Shown here: piece after piece, positions 37,469 through 45,903 of the stretch
Position numbering within the stretch: the first letter of the stretch is position 1
Layout of the letters: the number at the start of each line of letters is the position of its first letter
From: Patescibacteria group bacterium
Lineage (GTDB): Bacteria; Patescibacteriota; Minisyncoccia; Phycocordibacterales; PALSA-1337
Assembly: GCA_040388415.1 (NCBI GenBank)
Contig: JAZKBV010000002.1
Location: 136,131 to 200,130, forward strand
Direction of reading: 5' to 3'
Length of the DNA stretch: 64,000 nucleotides
The notes under the pieces: generated by a model
Seen by the model: the letters and a program-made list of their open reading frames with translations, nothing else
Told to the model about the DNA's origin: nothing
Database searches by the model: none
Translations under genes and position numbers: made by a program

Positions 37469-38320
37469 ATGAAATCATTCCGCCCAACCTCAAAATCACG
37501 TCGTCACATGACTGTTCTCCCGTTCAAGGAGTATCTTACGGTCAGCGAGCCATATAAGCCTCTCACTCACGGTTTCAAGCGTGACGTAGGACGCAACGCA
37601 CATGGTCGCATCACTGTTCGTCACCAGGGTGGTGGCCACAAGAAGCTCTATCGCGAGATTGATTTCATGTATGACAAGAAAGATGTCAACGCTACAGTAA
37701 AGACCATTGAATACGATCCATTCCGTACTGGTTACATCGGCCTCGTTGCATATAAGGACGGTGAAAAGCGTTACGTTCTCCTCCCAAAGACAATGAAAGT
37801 AGGTAACTCATTCATTGTTTCTGAGAATGCGCCTGTTACTACTGGTAACCGTCTCCCACTCAAAAAGATCCCTGTCGGTGCTTTCGTTTTCAATATCGAA
37901 GTAAAGCCAGGCTCAGGATCAAAGCTCGTTCGTTCAGCTGGTTCATTTGCTCAGGTTATCGCTAATGATGCAGGCTATACCCACATCAAGATGCCTTCAA
38001 CAGAAGTCCGTAAGATCCACGAAGATGCATGGGCTAGTATCGGCGCTGTTTCAAACGAAGAAAATCGCCTTGTTAATGTCGGTAAAGCTGGCCGCTCACG
38101 CTGGATGGGTATCCGTCCAACAGTTCGTGGTACTGCTCAGAACCCAGTGGATCACCCATACGGTGGTGGTGAACAGCGTCAGGGTCGCGGTCTCCGCCGT
38201 CTCAAGACGCGTTGGGGCAAGCCAGCAGGTAAGGGTCAGAAGACACGTACACCAAAGAAATACTCGAACGTCTTCATCGTTTCTCGCCGTCAGGTCGGCA
38301 AGAAGAGTACCAAACTCTAA
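37469..38320 (+). CDS. rplB: 50S ribosomal protein L2
   Basis: HQGGGHKKLYR and GTAQNPVDHPYGGGEQRQ motifs. Confidence 0.95.
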   Translation: MKSFRPTSKSRRHMTVLPFKEYLTVSEPYKPLTHGFKRDVGRNAHGRITVRHQGGGHKKLYREIDFMYDKKDVNATVKTIEYDPFRTGYIGLVAYKDGEKRYVLLPKTMKVGNSFIVSENAPVTTGNRLPLKKIPVGAFVFNIEVKPGSGSKLVRSAGSFAQVIANDAGYTHIKMPSTEVRKIHEDAWASIGAVSNEENRLVNVGKAGRSRWMGIRPTVRGTAQNPVDHPYGGGEQRQGRGLRRLKTRWGKPAGKGQKTRTPKKYSNVFIVSRRQVGKKSTKL

Positions 38321-38454
38321 TCATGAGAAACGTAGTTCACGGTTTGCACAAGATCTTTGTGAAAGTAGTGAAGGCTGTCGTACACAAAGTTACGATGGTA
38401 GTTATCACCAAAGAGATTTTCGATTAGGATTCAAGCAATTTAAAACAAAAACAG

Positions 38455-38482
38455 AAGGCACCCGAAAGGGTGTTTTTTGATT
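38455..38482 (+). terminator. Weak rho-independent terminator after rplB (GCACCC-gaaa-GGGTG plus TTTTTT)
   Basis: A short GC stem with a T-run, seen directly. Confidence 0.4.
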
Positions 38483-38583
38483 TAGCAAAATCACCTACTG
38501 GGTGTTTGACATAAGTCTTTATATGTAATAGTGTCAGCCATAGAAAATGGATAGGAAATAGGTTCTTCCTACCCATAAGTGCT

Positions 38584-38593
38584 GTTCCGGAAC
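38584..38593. promoter_or_regulatory. Perfect 10 bp palindrome GTTCCGGAAC, 31 nt upstream of the aminotransferase gene
   Basis: Seen directly. It is a candidate operator. Confidence 0.3.
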
Positions 38594-38624
38594 CTTCTGC
38601 AGTTCACTGAAAACTAACTACATT

Positions 38625-39917
38625 ATGATACTGACTCACATTGACATGGAAACACATTGGCGATCTGTTGTCGCTGAATGTTGTGGCGGAATAAAATTCG
38701 ATGCTCCTGGTGGCGGCTATTCATTTAGCGCTGTCTTGGAGAAAGAACGCATTTTGGATGCGCAAAAAGTGCCCGGTGATCCTGCATCGGCCCTGTGTAC
38801 TCTGTCAATCGCCGATCCGGCAAAAAAGATGCCGCAAGGTGCTATGAATGCCATGCTTGCTTATTATGATTCGGCCACGTTCCCGACTCGCTATACTGAC
38901 AACAACGGCATACCTGGCACCCATGAACGGTTGGCTGTTTTCCTAAATCAGCAACACATCGACGGCGGGGTCGTCTTCGATACTTCTTGGGTTCAGTATT
39001 CGCCGGGTTCAATCAAACGGCTTCTTGCCGAGTTTATTCCCGCGCTGTTGTTTGGGTCTGGGACGAGTTTATTTTTCCCTGACCCCAGCTACGCCGTGAT
39101 CAAAAGCGATATCAATCGGCGCGATGCCACGGTCATCAATATTGCGCTCGAGTTGCAGCACGACGGAAAATGGCTCGTGAATTATGATGCCATGGAGAAA
39201 CAGCTTAATGGCAAGAAAGCAGTCCTCTACCTCAATGTTCCCCATAATCCGACGGGGTTCACCTTCTCGTATGCGGATTGGCGACACCTTATCTCCTGGG
39301 CGGTTCGCAACAAAGTCGTCGTTGTTGTTGATGAGGCGTATACTCATCTACGTTTCGATGGCAGTGTGAGCGTCTTGTCAGTCGAGGGGTGGCAACAATG
39401 CTGCATCGTCTTGCAAAGCATCAGCAAGGGTTGGAATGCCACCGGCGCTCGGTTCGGCTGGGTGGTCGCACACCCCATCATCATCAAGGCGATTCGCAAG
39501 GTTATGGATGTCAAAGATTCTGGTGGTTTTGGTCCGCTTATCGCCGGCGCCCTGTGGTGTCTTGATCATTTCGACTTCGCTCTGAAGACCCGGGATGAAT
39601 ATTTCACTTCACACCAGTCGCTCAATCATGCATTGTCTGATGTTGGTTTCTCACCGCTCATGCCTCAAGCAGGTTTGTGCCAATTAACCAAGGCACCCAA
39701 ATCGGCTAACGGCCTGTTGTTTGCTAACGCCGATGAATGCGCTGATTGGCTGCGCAATGTTCTCCGCATCTCAGTGATGCCGGCCAAGGTCGGTGGTCAA
39801 GCATGGTTGCGTTGGTCTGCAACGATCGCTCCTGTCGCTGAGTGTGGTTTGGTTGACGAGGCGGCTGTCATCACCGAAGTCGTTCGTCGTTTGAAAAACA
39901 CCGAATTCGTATTCTGA
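38625..39917 (+). CDS. PLP-dependent class I/II aminotransferase (DapL/AspC-like)
   Basis: LNVPHNPTGF and SISKGWNATGARFGW carry the PLP-lysine motif. VVVVDEAYTH and N-terminal LSIADP are also present. Alternative start at 38646. Confidence 0.8.
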   Translation: MILTHIDMETHWRSVVAECCGGIKFDAPGGGYSFSAVLEKERILDAQKVPGDPASALCTLSIADPAKKMPQGAMNAMLAYYDSATFPTRYTDNNGIPGTHERLAVFLNQQHIDGGVVFDTSWVQYSPGSIKRLLAEFIPALLFGSGTSLFFPDPSYAVIKSDINRRDATVINIALELQHDGKWLVNYDAMEKQLNGKKAVLYLNVPHNPTGFTFSYADWRHLISWAVRNKVVVVVDEAYTHLRFDGSVSVLSVEGWQQCCIVLQSISKGWNATGARFGWVVAHPIIIKAIRKVMDVKDSGGFGPLIAGALWCLDHFDFALKTRDEYFTSHQSLNHALSDVGFSPLMPQAGLCQLTKAPKSANGLLFANADECADWLRNVLRISVMPAKVGGQAWLRWSATIAPVAECGLVDEAAVITEVVRRLKNTEFVF

Positions 39918-40034
39918 TCGTTTGTCCATCACATCGTCACCTGGTTTTACTAGGTGGCGATTTTTTATTGAGTCAAATTGTTTAAATAAAAAAACCGTTC
40001 CCAGGGGAGGGAACAGTGAGAGTGAAGAAAGGTT

Positions 40035-40565
40035 TCAGAAAAAGAATGTCCCGTCGTTTTCGAGGTCAACTTCTTCCTTGCTTTTCTCCTGGAGTGCGGA
40101 GACCTTGCTCGTGATCTTGAAGTGGAATTCACTTGCAAGCCCCGTGTCGTCAGGTGCTTTGGCGAGACCACTCACTGCAATTACCAAGCCGCCGGAAACG
40201 TAGATTCCGCCTTCGTATTTGAAATCGCCCTTGGCGATGATTTCGGGATTCATGAGCATGTTGTGGTTCGACATGCAGGTTCGCCAAGCGGCGCGTGCCT
40301 TCGCAAAAACGTATTTGTCCCAATTACGATTTTTCGGCCATTGTTCGCGGTCTTGTTGACCAAGGGTGGCGCTCCACAGTTTCACCGGTTCAGGGCTAAT
40401 GCCGAGTGGTTTGGAAGGATCGAGGACAAGGATAACGACAGCGGTCCGTTTTCCTTCGTTGATGTATTTTTGTGTCCAGGCGTCTTTTTCTTGAGCGAGT
40501 ATTTCGTCAAGCAATTCAGTTGTAATGAACTTGGATTCAGGTAGTTGTTGCATAAGGTGCTCCAT
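40035..40565 (-). CDS. GlcG/DUF336-like (heme-binding/HbpS-like) family protein
   Basis: GGIYVSGGLVIAVSGLAKAPDDTGLAS resembles the DUF336 core GG.P.....G.iGAiGVSG....qDe. Length 176 aa. Low certainty. Confidence 0.4.
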   Translation of the reverse strand: MEHLMQQLPESKFITTELLDEILAQEKDAWTQKYINEGKRTAVVILVLDPSKPLGISPEPVKLWSATLGQQDREQWPKNRNWDKYVFAKARAAWRTCMSNHNMLMNPEIIAKGDFKYEGGIYVSGGLVIAVSGLAKAPDDTGLASEFHFKITSKVSALQEKSKEEVDLENDGTFFF

Positions 40566-40614
40566 ATTTTCCTCACGCGTCGTGCGAAAGGTCTGGCGTA
40601 TTTCTACCTTTTTT

Positions 40615-40642
40615 ACTTTGACGTGTCAAACATATTTCTTGA
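40615..40642. promoter_or_regulatory. Overlapping TTGAC-type palindromes (TTTGACgtGTCAAAcatatttcTTGACA) in the divergent promoter region
   Basis: There is a perfect 6+2+6 inverted repeat plus a third TTGACA half-site 10 nt downstream. A second inverted repeat ACACAG...CTGTGT lies at 40675-40700. Confidence 0.4.
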
Positions 40643-40748
40643 CATTCCCTTAGATAATCAGTAGTCTTGCGACAGACACAGATAGGTGGCCTGTGTGAGA
40701 ATCCTTAAAACAAGCCACCATTAACAATGGAAACAGGAGAAACTAGTT

Positions 40749-42062
40749 ATGCCTATAAGCAAACAATTCCAGGATCGGCTTTACCCGCACCTGAAACAGA
40801 TAACGGACTGGTTCGACACAGCTGCCCACATCTATGATTATCGCGGAATTTGGAATTCCGGTATGGATCTGGTCAATGCGTTCGCGTGCAAGGGCCTGGG
40901 ATACAATAACTTCTACGCCGTGAAGGCGTGTCCGAATCCAGAAATCCTCAAAATCATGCTGGCACTCGGATTTGGTTTCGACTGCAGCTCAATTGACGAG
41001 CTGCAACGGGTGCGCGCCATCGGGGCTACTCCCGAGAAGATCATGTTTACTTCGAACAACACGTCGTTGGCTGAATTCAAGGAAGCGGTCGCTCATGGCG
41101 GATGCATCTTGAACTTCGACGACGTAAGCCTGATCAAAAAGTTCATCAAGCACTTTCCTGGGAAACTGGCGAAATTGGTTGTCTGCGTTCGTTATAATCC
41201 AGGGAAACTTCATTCGTCCGGCGGCCACGTCTTTGGCAAGCCCGAAGAACAAAAATATGGCGTGACTGAGAAGCAATTCCTCAACGCTTATCGTTTGTTG
41301 CGTCGTGGCGGTGCAAAAATCATTGGCTTCCATATGATGATTTGCTCGAACAATCTTCGCTCGAGTTATTTCATCAAGACCATTAAGATCGCCCTTACCA
41401 AGGTCGGTCTCCTCAAGCGCGAGCTTGGCATTGAAGTGCCCTTCATCAACATTGGCGGTGGTTTTGGTATCCCGTATCTGCCAACGAAGAAGTGCAAGAA
41501 ACTGGACGTTAACCGGATCGGTCTTTGGGCAGGGAAGCTCTTCGCTGCTTTTGGAAAAGAATATGGTTTTCAACCAGCACTCTTCACTGAATGCGGTCGT
41601 TACGTCACTGGGCCAAATGGTGTTCTTGTGTGTCGTATCATCAACCGTCTCGAAAAATACAAGACATTTTTCGGCATTGATAGTGGTATGCAGGATGTGC
41701 CCCGACCGTCCTACTACGGTGCGTATCATCACATTCATATTCTGACGCCACAGGGAAATTTGCGAAGGGGTGGTCGGAAGTTCAAAGCACATATTAGCGG
41801 CTCGCTTTGTGAGGCATGGGACCGCTTTACTCCCAAACCCCGCCTGTTGCCTGTGAGCACTCGGGTCGGCGACCTATGTGTGGTCCAAGAAGACGGCGCG
41901 CACACACTGCCTTCGGGGAGTAATTATAATAGTCGTCTCCAGTCGCAGGAGCTCTTCTTTCTCGATGACGATTCGGTCATTCGCATTGGTCGCGCTAAAC
42001 GTCCAAGCGACCTGCACATTACTTACGGGTGCAAGCGAAAAACTCTCCGTATCGGTCATTAA
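40749..42062 (+). CDS. Orn/DAP/Arg-decarboxylase family (fold-type III PLP) enzyme, DAP-decarboxylase-like
   Basis: YAVKACPNPEIL is the PLP-Lys region (YAVKAN-like). GGGFGIPY is the Gly-rich loop. CEAWD and YGAYHHI are also present. It is preceded by a strong AGGAGA RBS. Confidence 0.75.
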   Translation: MPISKQFQDRLYPHLKQITDWFDTAAHIYDYRGIWNSGMDLVNAFACKGLGYNNFYAVKACPNPEILKIMLALGFGFDCSSIDELQRVRAIGATPEKIMFTSNNTSLAEFKEAVAHGGCILNFDDVSLIKKFIKHFPGKLAKLVVCVRYNPGKLHSSGGHVFGKPEEQKYGVTEKQFLNAYRLLRRGGAKIIGFHMMICSNNLRSSYFIKTIKIALTKVGLLKRELGIEVPFINIGGGFGIPYLPTKKCKKLDVNRIGLWAGKLFAAFGKEYGFQPALFTECGRYVTGPNGVLVCRIINRLEKYKTFFGIDSGMQDVPRPSYYGAYHHIHILTPQGNLRRGGRKFKAHISGSLCEAWDRFTPKPRLLPVSTRVGDLCVVQEDGAHTLPSGSNYNSRLQSQELFFLDDDSVIRIGRAKRPSDLHITYGCKRKTLRIGH

Positions 42063-42080
42063 ACTAAAAAGTAACTTCAC

Positions 42081-42114
42081 ACCGGACCTCCTCACAGGGA
42101 AGTCCGGTTTTTTA
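42081..42114 (+). terminator. Strong rho-independent terminator after the decarboxylase gene (ACCGGAC...GTCCGGT plus TTTTTTATT)
   Basis: A long hairpin with an extended imperfect stem and a 7-T run. Confidence 0.75.
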
Positions 42115-42177
42115 TTATTTATTTTCTACGAAAGTTCGCCACATTTTCTAATATCCATGAAAATAAGCCCTAAATGC

Positions 42178-42206
42178 TTGACTTCGAAATCTGGCTCTGC
42201 TACTAT
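42178..42206 (+). promoter_or_regulatory. Candidate sigma70-type promoter for rpsS and downstream genes (TTGACT, 17 nt spacer, TACTAT)
   Basis: Seen directly. It is consistent with re-initiation after the inserted island. Confidence 0.45.
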
Positions 42207-42254
42207 ACCTCTCACGCTCATTTGAGCTTTTTTAATTCTACATTCACTCATTCC

Positions 42255-42602
42255 ATGGCACGATCACTCAAGAAAGGTCCATATGTCGAGGAAAGACTCC
42301 TCAAAAAAATAGCTGGCAAAAAGCCTGCTACTACTGGCGTCATCAAGACATGGTCACGTCGCAGTCAGATCTCTCCTGAGATGCTCGGTTTTACTTTTGG
42401 CGTGCACAATGGTCGTGCTCATATTGAAGTTCTAGTCACCGAGGATATGGTTGGACACCGCCTCGGTGAATTCTCACCTACACGCAAGTTCGTACGCCAC
42501 GGTGGTAAGATGCAAAAGGAGATCGAGCTCAAGGCAAAGGAAGCAGAAGTTTCAGCTGCAAAATCAGCAAAGGAAGCAGCTACTTCAGCATCAAAGAAAT
42601 AA
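42255..42602 (+). CDS. rpsS: 30S ribosomal protein S19 with a Lys/Ala-rich C-terminal tail
   Basis: [19 protein letters not shown]...GHRLGEF. The ORF-track frame starts at 42174 and the true start is the Met at 42255. Confidence 0.9.
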   Translation: MARSLKKGPYVEERLLKKIAGKKPATTGVIKTWSRRSQISPEMLGFTFGVHNGRAHIEVLVTEDMVGHRLGEFSPTRKFVRHGGKMQKEIELKAKEAEVSAAKSAKEAATSASKK

Positions 42603-42611
42603 TACATTTAT

Positions 42612-42989
42612 ATGATTACTGCCTCACTCAAAAATACTCGCATCGCTCCTCGTAAAGTTCGTGTCGTCGCAGACATGATCCGCGGTAAGAGTGTTGCAGA
42701 TGCACAGACTATCCTCGGTTTTGCTGCAAAGAAAGCTCGTCACCCTATTTCAGTACTTATTGATTCTGCTGTTGCGAACGCTTCCCATAACTTCAAGATT
42801 GGTCCAGAAGGCCTCATCGTCAAGGAGATTCGTGTTGATCAGGGTTTTGTTATGAAACGCTCGATGCCTGTATCACGCGGTTCTGCTCACCCTATTGCTC
42901 TCCGCACAAGTCATATCCTCGTTGTTCTTGCTCCAGGAGTCGCAAAGAAGTCGAAAAAGACCGTAACGAAGGCTACTGCTAAAAAATAA
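42612..42989 (+). CDS. rplV: 50S ribosomal protein L22
   Basis: Typical L22 sequence (KNTRIAPRKVRVVADMIRGK). Confidence 0.9.
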   Translation: MITASLKNTRIAPRKVRVVADMIRGKSVADAQTILGFAAKKARHPISVLIDSAVANASHNFKIGPEGLIVKEIRVDQGFVMKRSMPVSRGSAHPIALRTSHILVVLAPGVAKKSKKTVTKATAKK

Positions 42990-42993
42990 TCAT

Positions 42994-43671
42994 ATGTCAC
43001 ACACCGTACACCCTTATTCTCATAGACTTGGCATCATCCGCGATTGGAAAGGTCGTTGGTTTGGTACAGATCAAGGATACCGCACAGCTCTCAAGACTGA
43101 CGTTATCATCCGTGAATTCCTCCAGAAGGAACTCCGTACATTTTATGTAGGCGGTGTTGAAATCGAGCGCTCACAGAAGGTTCTCCGTGTTGTTATCAAG
43201 ACATCACGTCCAGGTATGCTCATCGGTAAGTCAGGTGACGGTATCGTCAAGCTCCGTGCAAAGATCCTGGTTCTTCTCCGCAAGGCAAAGATTGATCTCA
43301 AAACTCAAGAGCTCAAGCTCGATATCGAAGAAGTTCGTACACCAGAGTCAAACGCCGCTATCACTGGCATGATGATCGCTGAAGCACTCGAAAAGCGTCT
43401 TCCATTCCGCCGTGTGCTCAAGCAGACGATCGAAAAGGTTATGGCAAACAAGGAGGTGAAGGGTATCCGTATCCGCCTCGGTGGTCGCCTCGGTGGCGCT
43501 GAGATCGCTCGTAGTGAAGAGCTCAAGAAAGGACAGGTTCCTCTCCAGACACTCCGTGCGGACATCGACTTCGCGCGTGAGAAGGCTCATATGACCTATG
43601 GTGATATCGGTATCAAGGTTTGGATATACAAGGGCGAAATCTTCGCAAAAGACGTCGCTGCAAAGAAATAA
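42994..43671 (+). CDS. rpsC: 30S ribosomal protein S3
   Basis: KH domain followed by the S3-C domain. Length 225 aa. Confidence 0.95.
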   Translation: MSHTVHPYSHRLGIIRDWKGRWFGTDQGYRTALKTDVIIREFLQKELRTFYVGGVEIERSQKVLRVVIKTSRPGMLIGKSGDGIVKLRAKILVLLRKAKIDLKTQELKLDIEEVRTPESNAAITGMMIAEALEKRLPFRRVLKQTIEKVMANKEVKGIRIRLGGRLGGAEIARSEELKKGQVPLQTLRADIDFAREKAHMTYGDIGIKVWIYKGEIFAKDVAAKK

Positions 43672-43689
43672 ATCATTTAATTTACTACT

Positions 43690-44115
43690 ATGTTATTCCC
43701 TAAGAAAGTAAAACACCGCAAGTGGTTCACCAAACGCAAGAACAGCGTTAAGGAAGCTGCAAAAAATGAAACTCGTGGCGTCGAGGTCTCTTTTGGCTCA
43801 TACGGTCTCAAGGCTATGAAGTATGCCCGTATCACTTCAAACCAGATTGAGTCTGCTCGTAAAGTTATGGCTCGCTATGCTACTAAGTCTGGTAAAGTAT
43901 GGGTTCGTGTCTTCCCAGATCGTCCATATACTCAGAAGCCTGCCGAAGTAAAAATGGGAAAAGGAAAGGGTGAACCAGTCGGCTTCGTATGTGAGGTCAA
44001 GCCAGGCCGTGTTATGTTCGAGATCGACGGTGTTGATGCAGAGGTTGCACGCGAAGCTCTCCGTAAGGCTGGTACAAAGCTTCCTATGAAGACAAAGGTT
44101 GTCACACGCATCTAA
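43690..44115 (+). CDS. rplP: 50S ribosomal protein L16
   Basis: MLFPKKVKHRK... is a typical L16. Length 141 aa. Confidence 0.95.
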   Translation: MLFPKKVKHRKWFTKRKNSVKEAAKNETRGVEVSFGSYGLKAMKYARITSNQIESARKVMARYATKSGKVWVRVFPDRPYTQKPAEVKMGKGKGEPVGFVCEVKPGRVMFEIDGVDAEVAREALRKAGTKLPMKTKVVTRI

Positions 44116-44133
44116 TACTTTATATATACTATT

Positions 44134-44334
44134 ATGAAATCTACTCTCAACAAAGACATCGCTCACAAGACACACGCAGACCTCGCCAAGATGGTGTCTG
44201 ACAAGCGTGAAGCTCTCCGCCTTTTCCGTTTTGGCACTGCTGGCGCAAAGGCAAAGAATGTCAAAGAGGGTAAGTCTATCAGAAAGGATATTGCACGCAT
44301 TTTGACTGCAATGAACGCTCAGAAAACAGCATAA
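44134..44334 (+). CDS. rpmC: 50S ribosomal protein L29
   Basis: Length 66 aa. ADLAKMVSDKREALRLFRF is an L29-like helix. It sits in the expected operon position. Confidence 0.85.
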   Translation: MKSTLNKDIAHKTHADLAKMVSDKREALRLFRFGTAGAKAKNVKEGKSIRKDIARILTAMNAQKTA

Positions 44335-44375
44335 ACTAGACAAATCACCTAATTTCAAGTAATATCACAACTCTT

Positions 44376-44636
44376 ATGAAAGCAACTACAACAACAGCAG
44401 AAAAGAAGCTCACACCCCAGACATTCACTGGTGTTGTTAGTTCTGACAAAATGAAAGACACGGTCGTTGTTGTCGTTAGTCGCTTCGTCAAACACCCAAA
44501 GTATCAGAAGTTCATCAACAAGAGAACAAAGATCATGGCTTCAGATATCGGTAACACAAAGAAGATTGGTGACAAGGCTACAGTCCAGGCATGCCGTCCA
44601 ATCTCAAAAAACAAGTCATTCAAGGTTATCGCCTAA
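44376..44636 (+). CDS. rpsQ: 30S ribosomal protein S17
   Basis: FTGVVSSDKMKDTVVVVVSRFVKHPKYQKF is an OB-fold S17 sequence. Confidence 0.9.
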   Translation: MKATTTTAEKKLTPQTFTGVVSSDKMKDTVVVVVSRFVKHPKYQKFINKRTKIMASDIGNTKKIGDKATVQACRPISKNKSFKVIA

Positions 44637-44653
44637 ATTTTTAATAAACTACT

Positions 44654-45025
44654 ATGATTCAACCACGCTCAATCGTCAATATCGCTGATAACTCTGGTGC
44701 AAAGATCGGACGTATTTTCAAAGTTCTCGGAGCATCTCACAAGCGTTATGCTGAGATTGGTGAAGTTGTTGTACTTTCAGTCCAAAAGGCAGAGCCTCGT
44801 AAGGCAGTCAAGAAGAAGGACGTTCTCCATGCTGTCGTTGTTCGTCAGCGCAAAGCAACTCGCAGAAAGGATGGCTCATACATTCGTTTTGATGAGAACG
44901 CAGTCGTTATCATCGAGAAGGACAAGAAAGAACCTATCGCTGGACGTATCTTCGGCCCAATCCCACGCGAGATCGCAGAGGCAGGTTTCAAGACTATCGC
45001 TTCAAAAGCTTCAGAAATCGTATAA
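44654..45025 (+). CDS. rplN: 50S ribosomal protein L14
   Basis: MIQPRSIVNIADNSGAK... is a typical L14. Confidence 0.95.
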   Translation: MIQPRSIVNIADNSGAKIGRIFKVLGASHKRYAEIGEVVVLSVQKAEPRKAVKKKDVLHAVVVRQRKATRRKDGSYIRFDENAVVIIEKDKKEPIAGRIFGPIPREIAEAGFKTIASKASEIV

Positions 45026-45036
45026 CTTTTACTATC

Positions 45037-45255
45037 ATGCATATCAAAAAAGGCGACACAGTTAAAATTCTCTCAGGAGATGACAAGGGCAAGACCGGCA
45101 AGGTCATGAAGGCTTTTCCTGCTACAGGCAAGGTTCTCATCGAAGGCATGAACATGATGAAGCGTCACGAGAAGTCTCGTAAGCAGGGTACAAAGGGGCA
45201 AATCGTCGACCGTGCTATGCCTATGCATGCTTCAAAGGTTGCGAAGGCTGAATAA
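45037..45255 (+). CDS. rplX: 50S ribosomal protein L24 (short form)
   Basis: KKGDTVKILSGDDKGKTGKV is a KOW motif. Confidence 0.9.
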   Translation: MHIKKGDTVKILSGDDKGKTGKVMKAFPATGKVLIEGMNMMKRHEKSRKQGTKGQIVDRAMPMHASKVAKAE

Positions 45256-45276
45256 TCTGCATTTTAATATATTGCC

Positions 45277-45849
45277 ATGACTACTACTCATAAAAAAACA
45301 GTTCTCGAACTCAACAAAGAATCATTCAAAGCCCTCAAGGATACTTTGAATATCAAAAATGCTATGCAGGCTCCACAGCTCAAGAAAGTGGTCGTCAGTA
45401 GCAGTTTCGGTTCTGTGAAGGACAAGAAAAAGATTGAGATCATCGCTGACCGTCTCGCGCGCATCACTGGCCAAAAGCCAGCTCCACGCGCTGCAAAGAA
45501 GGCTATCGCTACATTCAAGACTCGTGTAGGTGATCCACTTGGTTACCAGATCACTCTCCGTGGTCCACGCATGTTCGATTTCATGGATCGTTTGATCAAC
45601 ATCGCTCTCCCTCGCACAAAGGACTTCCGTGGTCTCTCACGCAACTCTGTTGATGCTATGGGTAACTATACTATCGGTATCAAGGAGCATACTATCTTCG
45701 CTGAAACTTCAGATGAAGACCTCAAAGATGTTTTTGGTCTCGCTATCACTCTCGTCACTACTTCAGATGACAAAGCAAAGACTATCGGTTTCCTCGAATA
45801 TCTCGGTCTCCCGCTCAAGAAAGAGGATGACAAGAAGGGAAAGAAATAA
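45277..45849 (+). CDS. rplE: 50S ribosomal protein L5
   Basis: Typical L5 sequence of 190 aa. Confidence 0.95.
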   Translation: MTTTHKKTVLELNKESFKALKDTLNIKNAMQAPQLKKVVVSSSFGSVKDKKKIEIIADRLARITGQKPAPRAAKKAIATFKTRVGDPLGYQITLRGPRMFDFMDRLINIALPRTKDFRGLSRNSVDAMGNYTIGIKEHTIFAETSDEDLKDVFGLAITLVTTSDDKAKTIGFLEYLGLPLKKEDDKKGKK

Positions 45850-45903
45850 CATTTAAAAAGCCACCCATGAGGTGGTTTTTTGTTTTCTGCTATACTACCC
45901 CTC

